Below, in pieces: positions 11,227-24,458 of a stretch of 64,000 nt of DNA. Both the position numbers and the translations under genes were made by a program. Position 1 is the first letter of the stretch. Every line of letters starts with the position of its first letter. The DNA is from Lingula anatina (Eukaryota; Animalia; Brachiopoda), in assembly GCA_051362555.1 (NCBI GenBank), contig CM120644.1, forward strand, positions 24,078,534-24,142,533. The letters are read 5' to 3'. The notes beneath the pieces were generated by a model that worked only from the letters and a program-made list of their open reading frames with translations, searched no databases and was not told where the DNA came from.

Positions 11227-13129
11227 ACTGTCTCTTTGTAAAGGTACAAGTGTAGAAAGCTGGCGATGGTACTTCAGTACCTTTGCAGTGAACTCTTTGA
11301 GTCAAATATTGTCAAGGATTTTTTTACTACCTGGTCTTTCGGTGCTTACTTACGCTTACTTACAGAGAAAACAGTAACATAGAGATAAACTTATTCAGTA
11401 TTCTTCAATGAGTGCAATGTTATATATATATATATATATATTTTTTTTTTTTTTCTGACAGACGTTATTCATGGAAAGCCTTAAATGTGTGCCCTGTTTC
11501 TTCCCTTTCCATTTAGAGAAAAAAAAAACACGGCGTTTATTTATTATAATCTGACACTGACCTGACCTGATCTGGTGACACATTTACATTCTGCTCACAC
11601 AAAGCTCATTTTATAGGACTAGAACCCTGTTGGTCTCGCTTTGCGTGCAAGACACCCCCCCCCCACCCCCCCCCACCCCCCCCCCCCCCCGGGTTCAAAT
11701 AACTGGCACTTGTATTATAGGTTGGTTTCTTTAAAATTTATTTTAATTTTACGTCATTATTATCAAGTGTAACAATATTATTATGCAGTATGCAGTGTGC
11801 AATATTTACTTTCCTTTCTTGATCAACTAGGTAGAGAGAAATCTGCTGACTGCTTATTCATTTTAGCTAACCTCACCATAGCAGAGGGCAAACCGTAAAG
11901 AATAATGCATTCTGTTGTTTCGTGATGCAATTGTATTGTGTTTACTCAGCACTCCGTATTATGAAATAGAGCCATGCCTGCAAGTATTCTGTTCTGCATT
12001 TTGTTAAAGTATTTGAAAGAAAACGAAGTACCCCAGTTTAGCTTACAGGGCACTTGTAGCCTTAAAGGATTAAAGGAGGTTTTAACTCTCATATTTTATT
12101 TTGCATTTTTTTTCCGTCATATGTAGCTTAGAAATGATGGGTTAAATGTAGAATGTGTATGTAACTTATTTTGGACCAGAAGCTGATTTTAATGTAATAT
12201 TGACATAGTGTAGGATTTGAAACGCGTTAAGTAATGTTAACGTAAACCACAACCACCAAAATTTTTCTCAACTTTGAATAGAAAAAAATAGATGCACGGC
12301 AATGTAAAAAAAAATTGGCCATATTCCGGAAGTCCCAGAAATTTGCCTCCACTCCTGAAAACCCGTTAAAAATTGTACTGGTTGGTCGGAGAGGCCGGCA
12401 AGATATTTAAGGGCCACCGGGTGCTTCAAGAATAAAATTTATAAAGCCCATAGCACTTTTTCTTCCATTTACTCGGCTTACTTAGTATGTATGTATCTGA
12501 GATTCATTACTATGTACTTAGTGATTACTTACTATGTATCTGAGATTTATGTACAGCATGAAGGTGCACATTTGCCTTTTTAGACTTTTTTTTACGTGAT
12601 ACCCCTCTTTATTACTGTATTTGAGCTTTATTTACAGCATGAAAGTGCCGATATATTGCATAGACCTATTTGTTACAATATGTTTGAATTTTAATTACAA
12701 CTGTTGCTAAAAAACATCTTTATTGCTGTGAATATAAACCGTCCTCGTATACCATCATTTTTGCCTGCATATCGCAACAGTTTGTAGTGTGCTACATGTA
12801 TCTCCCTGGTGCTGAATCACTGTAACTACATGTATTTACACACTGAATTTATAATACCAATGTACAATATGACACTGGGGACTATGCTCATCTCATTTTG
12901 AGTGTCTTTTTTGACAGTATTAATAGTTTGGGGATTGTTGGCGTAGACACTGTCTTTTAGGTATCCACACATTTAAAAGTCCAAAAGGGATAGAAGTATA
13001 CAAAGAGCAACTATACAAAAGTACAAAGCACAAAACACCAAAAAAAACTTCACTATATGTAAGATAAATCTATGAAAAAATGCTGTTTTCCTTTCATTGA
13101 AAAAGGATTCTTTATCAAAAATAGACCTG

Positions 13130-13727
13130 GTATGTTCACTGTCCATCTAATGGAGGTTGCGTATGTACTGTCACCTGCCCTAACATGGCTTCCAGTCCAG
13201 CAACAGATATCTCACCAGGGCTGAAGGATATCTGTGGCAGTGTGCCTGGGACAGACATTTTCTCCATTGCTTCAAGTCTTTTTATCAGAGATTTTGCGTG
13301 AGCCATGATTTCAGTGTCAGTGCCATTTATAACCAATTGCTGGGCAAAGTCACAGGCTCTTTGCAAGGAGGTATGGTGGACCCGTAGGCTATCCTTGTTT
13401 ATCACCTCATTTACTTCTGATATTAGGGTTTCCTTCCTTTCAGTAACCAGTTGAACGATACGCTGAGCTTGGGTTTCAATCTCATGAGCAGTGGTGATCA
13501 TCAAATGAGAGTGGTCTGTTTCATTGACATTTTCTTTGGCAACCGCCTTTTTAAACCTGTTTGTTGTTTTCATGGTGTTCTCAAGAGCAGCTGTAATTTT
13601 ATCTCTGTTGCATTTTGCATATTTATCAACTGGAACAATGCCATGTCTGTAATGATCTGTTGATGCACAGTCACCACATACAACAATGTCATCATCTTCA
13701 CAGTAATATTTTAATTCATTATTCATT
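13130..13727 (-). pseudogene. TRIM internal fragment (partial B-box and coiled coil)
   Basis: NNELKYYCEDDDIVVCGDCASTDHYRHGIVPVDK...ISFSPGEISVAGLEAMLGQVTV closely matches 15937-17727 but lacks RING and NHL. Confidence 0.85.
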
Positions 13728-15255
13728 ATTGCTTCATAATTACTTAGAAATGCTTGCAATATACAGTGTATAATGAAATTGACCCTCCTTTATTGATCTT
13801 CTTTCCGTACACGGGAATATATTGATTGATTATTTCTGAAGCTGACCCAAAGAATAACGTAAGTTTTTGTTGGCGCAGTTGAATTGTGTTTTCACTTAAT
13901 TCAATTTAAACAAATTAACCAACACATGCATGTATGAATTCTATTCGGCTCTGTGTGTTCCTGTTAATTTATTGCCCCCTGCAGTGACTGCAGCACTATC
14001 CCTGTGCTATCCCCTACAGCCATTAATACGTAATCTGGCTAACACCATACGGTGCCGCCACTGTCAGCACTCTCTCATATTCCCTGAGGAAATTGGTAGG
14101 CATATTATAAGATGGGCTGCGCCATTTGCCGCTTTAGGGCGTGTAAGAAACTAGTTATTTTTCATACCACTTAGTGCACTGTATTCCCATTCACAAAATC
14201 TGGACGTTTGCTGGTTTCAGAAATGTGATAATTATAAGACTCAAAGACTTCTGTTAAGTTGAACAGAAATGAAAGGTGCATATCTCTGCATTACGTGAAT
14301 AAGAATTATAATGTGCCAGCAATTTCACGTAGGAATTTCAAAGTGGTAAAATTAAATAAAGATAACATATAATTACGGCTGTACATCTGTTAATGTGATG
14401 TTTGACAACTGGCGGGTCGGAGTGGTCAACCTACTCATCGTCTTTATATATATAAATTCCAAGACGTGCATCTAGATAGTTAGAATGTTCAAACCAATGT
14501 GTTTGTGTGTGGGTGTTTATGTGTGTGTACAAAGAGAGAGGCAGAGCTAAATAAGTTGTAGAGGAATGTATGCCAACATACTGTATATATGGAAAAAAAA
14601 TCCATGCCTCTTTATTGAATCTCAATCTGCCTCCCCCTCCCTCCCCCCCCCCTCCCCCGGTCAGTAACCCTACAATACAGGTAATATTTCACGTTTATAG
14701 TGTTTCCCGACATTATTATTTTAGGCGCGCTTACACACCTTTTCACACCATCAGCCGATAGATGAACCTTTAGCCTGAATGAAAATGAAAAAAGGCTAAC
14801 AGTCCAAAAGTTTAACAAATGATTTATTCATAAATAGGCCTATTCCATGAATCAAAATTGACACCGCAAAATGGGAATGAAAAGCTTATCACTGAATGTA
14901 AATTTAATAACCTGCCTCAAACTTTAAACAGCATTCTAGCTACAACAGTAATCAACACTTAATGGAAAATGATGCATAACAATGAACATTTAATTAGCAT
15001 GTACGCACAAAAACTCTAAACAATAAAGGAATGGACACATTAAAACCAAAATTTAATATATGGTACGGTATTTGTGTCTTGGGGATTAAATTTTCCAATA
15101 TCCAAAAACCAATCAAAAGTTGCATATTCTGAAAGAAGAGGGTAAATAATTTATAAAACATATAAAAATATTTGCTGTAATCTTTAAAATTCGTATATTT
15201 AACTTGGAATATGTTAAATTTAGTTTTTCGGATGTTTTTTTTTACATATAGCACT

Positions 15256-15297
<42 letters not shown>

Positions 15298-15936
15298 AGA
15301 CTTGTGAAAAGACGGAATGCTAAGATGAAACACTTAACTCGAAAGAATTCTACATGTGCCACAGAACTCGTATCTGGTATTTTCTTAGTAGAAAGTTTAT
15401 ACATGTAGCCCCCATTACAGTAAGTTACCTGGTGTTTGAGAGATTACTGAAAAAACACCTCAGAAATCTCTGATCTGTAAATTCCATTCTGAACACTACG
15501 TGATGTTTTCAGTGTTAAAATTTGTTTAGAATTTCAATTAATAATTTGGAAAACAATTTGAAGGTACATTGTACCGGTATATGATCTATTTTTTCAAGCC
15601 AATATAATATCTACAAAATATGTGAAAATCGGTAATATCTTGGCTAAATGTACCTTCTTTTGATGTGTTGGTACGGAATCGCCCAGCCCTCTGTTTATTT
15701 ATATTTGGGTTTTATATTTACTTCATGATGATATCGATAACCTAGCTTCCAACTACATTTACTACTTTACATTATATTTAAATTTTATTTACTGCATGGA
15801 AGTACCGATATACTGCATAGCTCGTTTTATTAAAAAAAAAAAACACACCCAACTTGAACAATGAAGAAAAGAACCCAGTTGGAGGAAAAGGGAGTTCCAA
15901 CACGAGGTGTGTTATAATTTTATCAGTGCTCTACGG

Positions 15937-17727
15937 TTACTGTAAGTACTGGAATGTCTTAACTTTGCCATGTCTCTCTGCCACCACCAGCTGGCCAGCA
16001 GGGTTGATAGCTAATGCTGCAGGAAACAGCAACCCATCATCCTTAGTGGCAATGTATCTAATAAACTGCCCCTGTGGACTCAGCGCCACTTTCCTGCTGT
16101 TACCCCAGTCAGCAATGAAGATGTGGCCATAGCTGTCAGTGCACACTCCATGTGGTTCATGCAGATGACCATGACCACTGCCTTGTGTGCCGCCATACTG
16201 GTACAGCTGATCACCAGTAGGCGACAGCACATGTACACAGTTATTGCATGAGTCTGATATCACAATGTTATCATTCACACTGTTCACTGTGATGTACCAT
16301 GGGTCTTCACACATACTGAGTGGAATAGTGTTCAGGAGCTGTCCACTGACTGCATGAAATGTAAAGATGGATTTGTTTTCACTGTCACAAACCATCACAT
16401 GACCTTCTCTGTTCAATGTAATACCCCGTGGATCCTCCAGTAGATGCTGACCCATTGTTGTCACCTGTTGACCTCTCGTGGAGTACACTTTGACACATCT
16501 GTCACCCCTTGATGTTATATACAGGTGACCAGTTTGTGACACAGCCACATCCCATGGTCTGTTTACTTCAATGTCATACTGAAACTCTCCAGTATGCATG
16601 AAAATTTTTGTTCTGTTAGTTTCCACAACAAACACTTGGTCCTTATCTATGGCCAACCCAGATGTGTGGATTTTTCTGTCATTTGTCAGCTTAGCATTGA
16701 AGGTATGCACACATTCGGCCTTATCCAAGAAAATAGGAGGATGTGGTGCTGATCTTGGATTTATTGTTTGTGACTGTATTGTCAACTGTCCTAACATGGC
16801 CTCAAGTCCGTCAGTAGATATCTCACCAGGTTTGTATGATATCTGTGCTGATGTGTCTTTTGTTAGGACAGGTGTTTTCTCCATCACCGCCAGTCTGTCT
16901 ATCAGAGGTTTTGCATGAACCATGACATCATAGTCAGTGCCATTAGTGATAAGTTCCTGGGCAAAATCACAGGCACTGTGCAAGGCGGCATGGTGGAATT
17001 CAAGGATGTCCTTGTTTGCCTCCTTTTGCTTTTTCATGTTGTCATAATGAGAATTCACCTCTGATATCAGTGTCTCTTCCTTCTGATCAATGAAACTGCG
17101 CATACTCTGAGCTTGTTTTTTTATGTTTTTGATAGTGGCTATCCTGATGTGAGAGTCCTCTTTTTCATTGGCTGGTTCCTTGGCAACTGCCTCTTTTAAC
17201 CTGTTTGTTGTTTTCAAAATTCTCAGAAGAGAAGCATTTATTTTATCTCTGTTGCTTTTTGCAACTTTATCAACTGGCACAATACCATGTCTGTAATGAT
17301 CTGTTAATGCACAGTCACCACATACAACAGTATCATCATCTTCACAGTAATATTTTAACTCATTATTTGAATGTTTCTCACAACGGATGGTCATCTGTGC
17401 AATGGTCTGTGTCACTGCTGCTACATTGGACTGGTCCTCTTCTAATGCCTGCTTCTCTTGTTGCTTGGTTATGATATCCTTGGTTTTGCTAAAGATGAAA
17501 TTCTTTTTCAGTTGGTTAAGTCCACCAGCTGGAAACTGGACATCTTCTCTACAAATAGGACACAGAAATGTCCTATTTGGAGTCAGTGTGCGCGTAGCAT
17601 GGTCAGATATACAACCATAGCAAAATGTATGGTAGCAAGGCAGCACACGGGGGTCCTCATACTCTCCCAGACAAATACTGCATGTTAAGATATTCTCTTT
17701 GATATCTGCTGCTAGTGATTCTGCCAT
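15937..17727 (-). CDS. TRIM-NHL E3 ligase (TRIM2/3/71-like), 596 aa, single coding exon
   Basis: RING CSIC-x11-CYHTFCYGC-x-CPIC, B-box CEKH...YYCEDD..VCGDC...H..H, coiled coil, NHL repeats (PRGITL, PWYITV, PHGVCTDSYGHIFIAD, PAALAINPAGQLVVAE). Confidence 0.93.
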   Translation of the reverse strand: MAESLAADIKENILTCSICLGEYEDPRVLPCYHTFCYGCISDHATRTLTPNRTFLCPICREDVQFPAGGLNQLKKNFIFSKTKDIITKQQEKQALEEDQSNVAAVTQTIAQMTIRCEKHSNNELKYYCEDDDTVVCGDCALTDHYRHGIVPVDKVAKSNRDKINASLLRILKTTNRLKEAVAKEPANEKEDSHIRIATIKNIKKQAQSMRSFIDQKEETLISEVNSHYDNMKKQKEANKDILEFHHAALHSACDFAQELITNGTDYDVMVHAKPLIDRLAVMEKTPVLTKDTSAQISYKPGEISTDGLEAMLGQLTIQSQTINPRSAPHPPIFLDKAECVHTFNAKLTNDRKIHTSGLAIDKDQVFVVETNRTKIFMHTGEFQYDIEVNRPWDVAVSQTGHLYITSRGDRCVKVYSTRGQQVTTMGQHLLEDPRGITLNREGHVMVCDSENKSIFTFHAVSGQLLNTIPLSMCEDPWYITVNSVNDNIVISDSCNNCVHVLSPTGDQLYQYGGTQGSGHGHLHEPHGVCTDSYGHIFIADWGNSRKVALSPQGQFIRYIATKDDGLLFPAALAINPAGQLVVAERHGKVKTFQYLQ

Positions 17728-18213
17728 ATCTTACTCTCCCTTTGTTAATGTACAATGGATGATTGAGTTGGTTTTGCTGCCTAAGTCAAAAATGCTCAGT
17801 TTCTTTCTACTCCCAAGTGCTGCAGCTTTGATAAACAGAGATCAAAATTAAATGTTACCTCTTACTGTTGCTGTGTGTACTCTTAGACTGGCTTACTGTC
17901 ATATTTATAGCGAATGATTTAGAAATAATTGATGAAATGTCCTCTTTCTCCCTGTCCCCTTTAAACTGCGGAATGGTAGAGAAAACATGGAGTCTGCTTA
18001 TAACCTGACTCTGACCTCAACATAGCGACTTTGAGGACAAAAGTAACATATATTGTGTATTGGCTGTTGACGTAGTTGTATTGTGTTTACTCTTAAGCAC
18101 AGACTATAGAAATGAAGCCATGAATGCAGGTATTTTTGTCTCGCTTTATGTGAAAGAAACCTGCTCGAATTTAATGACCCTTACATTTATTACAGAGGGA
18201 TATTTGGTCAAAG

Positions 18214-18218
<5 letters not shown>

Positions 18219-18253
<35 letters not shown>

Positions 18254-18432
18254 AACACACACACGTATATATGTGGACACACACTCACACAAGCATGCAC
18301 ATGTATACACTCACGTACACACACACACGTACACATGCATACACACACGTATATGTGTAGACACACACTCACACAAGCATCATGTATACACGCACGTACA
18401 CACACACACACGTACACATGCATACACACACA
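18219..18432. repeat. (CT)n followed by CA-rich compound micro/minisatellite
   Basis: CTCT run, then ACACACGTATATGTG-type units with a ~70 bp duplication. Confidence 0.9.
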
Positions 18433-18669
18433 ACCATTGCATTATCATTAGTTACTGTATGTTTTAAACATATTTCTTGCAGTGAGCAATGTTATTATTT
18501 CTCTCCTCTTTTGATAAAGTAGAAGAATACATTATAACTGATTTTTAAGCTGACCTGACAGTAGCAGCTAGCACATAAAGAGTATTGAGTCTGGTGACAC
18601 AGTTGTAGCATATTAACCTGAGCTCAGGTTAAACAAATAAAACCATGCCTGCCAGTATTTTTATTTTGC

Positions 18670-19040
18670 TGTGTAGCAGAGATATGCCCATACATGCAGG
18701 TACTACTGAACTTGGGTAGGAACTCGTATATTGACAATTTTCATATTAGCTTGAATTTGACCCTTGACCTCCTTTCTTGCAAAGAACTACACTTCACAAA
18801 TTTGGATGTGAAATTTAATATTCCCCATGATTTTGTTAAGCATTGTAGTTTTCAAAAAAAAAAAAAAAAAAAAAATCAAGGACTCTAAGACTTGTTACCT
18901 GCATTTTGTAGAGCTTGTCAAGTACAACACTGGAGGTAGTGTCCCTTTTTTATCTTTTCTTTTTTTTTTGTTTTTGTTTCCCCGCTAATGGACTTGCTCC
19001 AGCTGGTGGTACAATACTTGGAGGCGGTATCTTCTCTCTG
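18670..19040 (-). mobile_element. Truncated inverted copy of the element at 28047
   Basis: GCATTTTGTAGAGCTTGTCAAGTACAACACTG and CTCCAGCTGGTGGTACAATACTTGGAGGCGGTATC are reverse complements of 28054-28156. Confidence 0.8.
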
Positions 19041-19091
19041 ATAATTTTTTTAATTGGATTACCTATAAATCGATGAACAACTTACATATTC

Positions 19092-19389
19092 ACATTTTGG
19101 GCTCCTTCTGCTGCTTTATCTGATTCAGAAGCTCTTTCGTTTTATGAACGCGGAAATCTTTCTTCAGTTTCACGAGTCCTTCTCTTGGCAATTGTATCTC
19201 TTCTCTACAAAGAGGGCAGTTAAATATCCTGTCCCGAGATACAGTTTGCTAAGCATGGTCAGATATACAGACAAAGCAAAATGTATGGTAGTAAGGCAGC
19301 AAACAGGGATCCTAATACTCCCCCAGACAGATGCTACAGGTACATATCAATAAGTTTTCTGTGAAAGCTGCTGCTAGTGCTTCTGCCAT
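19092..19389 (-). pseudogene. TRIM RING-only pseudogene
   Basis: MAEALAAAFTENLLICTCSICLGEY*DPCLLPYYHTFCFVCISDHA*QTVSRDRIFNCPLCREEIQLPREGLVKLKKDFRVHKTKELL, two TAG stops, then truncated. Confidence 0.9.
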
Positions 19390-19859
19390 GTCTGACTGTC
19401 TCTTTGGTTCTCACTTTCCTATCAGTATTTACTTCCTCGAGCTGCTGCAGTGATCAGAGTAAAGAAAACAACAAAAACTTACTCAGTATTTCCTTTAACT
19501 AGAAAGCTTCACATGAATTATTTTCGCATGGCATTCAAACTTTTCAACACCAAGAATACTGCGTAAATTGTACTCTTGTACACTACTTTATTTCTCATTT
19601 TTCATAACCATCTTTACCTATTTAATGTGTATAACCTTGTGCCGGTTAAAACGAACTTAGATCTGGTAGTTTTAAAATCCAAGAGCAAAAACACATATAT
19701 GGGCATTAAAAATGCTGAAATGTTGGACTTTTCTCTTAATGTTTGTATCCATGTATGATATATCATTTTATCTAAAAACGCACGTGTCTGTTTAGCTAGC
19801 CGTTGATGTTTAAAAAAAAAAGATACATGTTTATACCTGTATATGTGACGATGGATATT

Positions 19860-20823
19860 GAAAACACGATACCTTTACGTCCTTTCGAACTCTTTCTATA
19901 CTACTTTCCAGCCGGTTCCCCCGCCTCATTCTCTCCATTTCTCTCTCTACCCTCTACTCGTATTAAGTCCAGAACAAAACTCGCTGGATTTTTATTCATG
20001 TTGTTCCAATACTCAGTAAAACGGACCGCCCCTTTCATCAATGTCCTACATTTTGTATCTCATGCCTTTTAATGTCTTCCGAGAAGACATAAATCCCACG
20101 ACAATGACAACATATTCTTAATCTAAGGTCGTGTCACTGCCTCATACATTGGGTTAGACAAAGAGTAGCCATTATGTCGGTGTTAATGATTATTTCAGTA
20201 CTGGTGACTACTAAGCTTTTTTAATTAATTAATTCGAGTTTTGAAATGGACATGAAGTCCATGTTATGCGTAAATATGAAATATTTTATTCTGTCAGTTC
20301 ATCACTATTTTTAAAGAAAATTTCTAAGAAAGAGACCGCGTAGAAAAGTGCCTGATAACTGGAAAGATATCTAACAATTTCTTACAGGCCAGTTGAAACT
20401 CAACACTGGGTCTAGCACAATATCCTCTTGTAATGTTTTCAATGATAGGGGGGGGTTTGTAAATGGCAGAAAAATGTAATAGAATTATGATCGAAGCTTG
20501 TAAAAAATAGATTATTTCTAATTTAACAAAATTGTGAGTACATTTTAGCTATATCCTAGGGAAAAAAATGACCGTCGCTACTTTTAACTGAATATACACT
20601 CGTCTCTGATGACAAAGAAATATGAGGCGGTAATCAATATTCATGGGACCTAGAGACTATTTCTTCTGGGAAGGCATAAATCGCGTATGCTTCCTCGTGT
20701 AAAGTAAGTTAAGCAACCGCAAGAATGAGAACACAGTATCACTCTGTTGAATACCAAGTTCAAAAGACCAAGACTATGTTTGTGACAACTTACAATTAAA
20801 CTTTTCGAATGTGAAAATGCACG

Positions 20824-20856
<33 letters not shown>

Positions 20857-21040
20857 GTAGTAGTATCACATTTAACCAGCAGGTGGTTGGCTGTATTTTT
20901 AAAGAAGTTACATGATTTTGAGACACTAAGACTATAAGAAGGGGATTGTTGATGATTAAAAGAGCACAAAGCCCGACTAATTTCCTTTAAATCTCTGTCA
21001 ATGAAATCTTTGTCAAGTGGGACAATACTGAATTAAAGGT
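19860..21040. repeat. Segmentally duplicated intergenic block, copy A (others at ~23470-27220 and ~38115-39170)
   Basis: Shared ACTCTTTCTATACTACTTTCCAG..., TCCGAGAAGACATAAAT, ATTATGTCGGTGTTAATGATTATTTC and (AAT)n in the same order. Confidence 0.9.
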
Positions 21041-21096
21041 AATGAGACTATAAAGTACGTAAGATTGGACGGCCGCGTTATTTAATGTGATCGTGG

Positions 21097-22914
21097 TTAC
21101 TGTAAGTACTGGAATGTCTTAACTTTGCCATATCTTTCTGTCACCACCAGCTGGCCAGCAGGGTTGATGGCTAATGCTATGGGATGCTCCAACCCATCAT
21201 CCTTAGTCGCAATGCATCTGATGAACTGTCCCTGTGGACTCAGTGCCACTACCTTGTGGTTAAGAAAGTCACTAATGAAGATGTGTCCGTAGCTGTCTGT
21301 GCACACTGTATCTACTGACCTCAGCAGACCATCACCACTGCCTTCTGTGCCATACTGGTACAGATGATCACCAGTAGATGACAGCACATGCACACATTTA
21401 CTCAGAATATCTGATATTACAATGTTATCATTTACACTATTCACTGTGATGTACTGTGGGCACACACACATACTGAGTGGAATAGTGTTCAGGAGCTGTC
21501 CACTGTCTGCATAAAATGTGAAGATGGCTTTCTCCCCTCTGTCACAAACCATCACATGACCTTGTCCGTTCAGTGCAATACCCCGTGGATCCTTGAGGTG
21601 GCTCTGGCCCATGGTTGTCAGCTGCTGACCTCTGGTGGAGTACACGTGGACACATTTCTCACCCTGTGATGTTATATACAGGTGACCAGTTTGTGACACT
21701 GTCACATCAAATGGATTGTTTTGTTTAATGTCAAATTTAAACTTTCCAGTATGTGTGAATATTTTTGTTTTGCCATTTCCTTTATCCACTACAAACACGT
21801 GTTCCTCATCTATGGCCAACCCTGATATGCACACTACTCTATCATGTTTCAGCTTGGAACTGAAGGAATGCACATATTCTGCCTTATTTAAGAAAACAGG
21901 AGCTGGACGTGCTGCTGAACTTAGATTTGTTCCCTCTCCACCTAATGTAAGTTGTGACTGCACTGTCACCTGTCCTAACATGGTTTCTAGTTCAGCAGTA
22001 GATATTTTACCTGGGCTGTATGATATCAATGTAGGCCTGTTTAGAGATGAGACAAGTGTTTCATTCATTGCTGCCAGTCTCTCTGTCAGAGATTTTGCAT
22101 GAACTATGATATTAGAGTCAGCGCCATTAGTGATAAGTTCCTGGGCAAAGTCACAGGCACTTTGCAAGGAGGCATGGTGGAGGTCAAGGATGTACTTGTT
22201 TGCCTCATTCTGCTTCTTTCTGACGTCATAAGCAGAATTCACCTCTGATATCAGTGTCTCTCCCCTCTGATAAATTAATATGCACATACTCTGAACTTCG
22301 TTTTTGATGTATTTGATAGTGGCTGCCCTGATTTGAGAGTCCCTTGATTCACTGACTGATCCTCTAACAACTGTCTGTTTAATATTGTTGAATCTGTTAG
22401 TGGCTTCCACAAGAGCAAATTTAATTTTATCTCTATTGCATTTTGCAGTTTGCTCAACTGATGAAATACGATGCCCACTATGTTCTCTTAGTATACATTC
22501 ACAGCATATAACAGCATTGTCATCTTCACAGTAATATTTCAATTCATTATTAGGATGTTTCTCACAACAGATTGTCCTCTGTGCAATGGCTTGTGTCACA
22601 CAAGTAACATCTGTTTCTCTGACTGGAGTTGAGACCTCATGCTGCTGTCTCTGACTAAGAAGCTCTTTCGTTTTGTGAACACGGAAATCTTTTTTCAGTT
22701 TCAAGAGCCCTCCTCTTGGCAATTGTATCTGTTCTCTACAAAGAGGGCAGTAAAATGTCGCGTACCGTGCTATAATTTTTGAAGTATAGTCAGATACACA
22801 ACCAAAGCAAAATGTATGGTAGCAAGGTAGCACACGGGGGTCCTCATACTCCCCCAGACAGATGCTACACGTCAAGAGATTATCTGTGAATGCTGCTGCT
22901 AGTGCTTCTGCCAT
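21097..22914 (-). CDS. TRIM-NHL E3 ligase, 605 aa from MAEALAAAF (the 673 aa ORF-track start is not the true start)
   Basis: RING, B-box (CCEKH...CCECILREHSGH), coiled coil and NHL repeats. The ATG at 22914 is homologous to the starts of all paralogues. Confidence 0.9.
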   Translation of the reverse strand: MAEALAAAFTDNLLTCSICLGEYEDPRVLPCYHTFCFGCVSDYTSKIIARYATFYCPLCREQIQLPRGGLLKLKKDFRVHKTKELLSQRQQHEVSTPVRETDVTCVTQAIAQRTICCEKHPNNELKYYCEDDNAVICCECILREHSGHRISSVEQTAKCNRDKIKFALVEATNRFNNIKQTVVRGSVSESRDSQIRAATIKYIKNEVQSMCILIYQRGETLISEVNSAYDVRKKQNEANKYILDLHHASLQSACDFAQELITNGADSNIIVHAKSLTERLAAMNETLVSSLNRPTLISYSPGKISTAELETMLGQVTVQSQLTLGGEGTNLSSAARPAPVFLNKAEYVHSFSSKLKHDRVVCISGLAIDEEHVFVVDKGNGKTKIFTHTGKFKFDIKQNNPFDVTVSQTGHLYITSQGEKCVHVYSTRGQQLTTMGQSHLKDPRGIALNGQGHVMVCDRGEKAIFTFYADSGQLLNTIPLSMCVCPQYITVNSVNDNIVISDILSKCVHVLSSTGDHLYQYGTEGSGDGLLRSVDTVCTDSYGHIFISDFLNHKVVALSPQGQFIRCIATKDDGLEHPIALAINPAGQLVVTERYGKVKTFQYLQ

Positions 22915-23045
22915 GTCCGTCTTTAGATTTTCAAGTCCCTCTCTTGGAAAATCAATTTTGTCTCTACAAAACTGGCACTGAAGTGTCTTGTCTCGTTTCA
23001 GTAGTTTCTTGGCATAGTAAGATCTGCTGCTATTGCATCTACCAT
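22915..23045 (-). pseudogene. Degenerate first RING copy upstream of the TRIM ATG
   Basis: MVDAIAAD, then an internal deletion/frameshift, then YAKKLLKRDKTLQCQFCRDKIDFPREGLENLKTD in frame with the main ATG. Homologous to 37446-37673. Confidence 0.8.
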
Positions 23046-23252
23046 GACTGACTGTCTCTTTTATTCTCCATTCCCCGTTTACTTCTTGGTGCTGCAGCTG
23101 ATCAAAGGAAAAGAACAAAATTTACTCATCACACCCTTTTACTAGGGTCCTGTAAAGTCGTTTTTTCAAATGTTTTAAATGCAATCCCTTAAATATGCGT
23201 CCGTTTCCTCCTTTTCCCGTTACTCAGGGTAGACAACAAGAGAACTTTATGA

Positions 23253-23426
23253 GGGATACATGCTAAATTGCTATCGACTGAAGCAGCTTATATGTCGGTT
23301 ACGCCTACCGAATCAGTTAGGGGGAATTAACTTTGCTTCATTGTTTAATTACCCCCTAACGGCTTCAGTAGACGAGGCGGCAGACATTTAAACCGCTTAC
23401 ATTGATAATAATTTAGTGGAAATCCC
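23253..23426. mobile_element. Hairpin MITE-like family, copy 2
   Basis: GGGATACATGCTAAATTGCTATC ... GATAATAATTTAGTGGAAATCCC with internal TTAGGGGG / CCCCCTAA symmetry. Confidence 0.7.
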
Positions 23427-24458
23427 TTGGAGACAAATCGATCTAAATTCAGTACGATAGGCTTTGGGAATGGTCTCTTATACTCTTTCTATACTACTTT
23501 CCAGTCGGTACCCCGGCCGCCTTCTCTCCGTTTCCCTCTCTACCCTCAACTCGTATTAAGCCCAGAACAAAACTCGTTGGGTTTTTATTCATATGAATCA
23601 AATATTCAGTATAACGGATTTCCTCTTTCATCAGTCTCCTATATTTTATAACTCATGTCTTTTTATGTCTTCCGAGAAGGCATAAATTGTACGACAATGA
23701 CAAATTACTTTTAATCCAAGGTGGTGTCACTGCCTTGTAAATTGGAATAGACAGGAGTAGGCATTATGTCGGTGTTAATGATTATTTCAGTACCGGTGAC
23801 TACTCACGGATTCTTTTTTTTTTCTTTTTCTTAATTAATTCTAGTTTTGGGATAGATTTCGATAACGGGACGTCCTTACCATGTGTTAAATATGAAAACT
23901 TTTAACCTTTCAGTTCATTACTATTTTTAAAGAAAAAAATCTAATAATCACGTAGATACCCCTTTAAGTGCCTTAGGACTAAAAATAAATTCTTAAAGGC
24001 CAGTTAAAACTCAACATTGGATCTAGCACACTATCCTCTTGTTATGTTTTCAATGATAGGGGATTTGTCAATGACAGAAAAATGTAATAGGAATATGATC
24101 GAAGCTTGTTTTATTAGATTATTTCTAATTAAACAAAACTGTGAGCACATTTTAGCTATATCCTCTGAAAAAAATGACCGTCGCTACTTTTAACTTAATA
24201 TACACTTGTTTCTGATGACAAAGAAATCTGATTGGTAATCAATATTCATGAGACCTAGAGACTATTTCTTCTGGGAAGACATAAATCGCATATGTTTCCT
24301 CGTGTAAGGTAAGTTAAGCAACCGCAAGGATGAGGACACAGTATCACTCTGTCGAATACCAATTGCAAAGGACCGAGACTATGCTTGTGACAACATACAA
24401 TTAAACTTTTCGAATATGAAAATGCTTGATTATAATAATAATAATAATAATAATAATA

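Noticed and set aside
16598-17688. Plus-strand ORFs overlapping TRIM genes (also 21716, 36831, 42309-44021) and the Pao polyprotein
   Set aside because: Antisense shadows of conserved minus-strand coding sequence.
18060-18467. 135 aa His/Thr-rich ORF and other low-complexity ORFs (9243, 15211, 38724, 39154, 46542)
   Set aside because: Translations of microsatellites or homopolymer runs.
22915-23118. 68 aa N-terminal extension of the 673 aa ORF
   Set aside because: It starts at a non-ATG codon in a pyrimidine-rich stretch and runs through a decayed RING remnant. The conserved start is ATG 22914.
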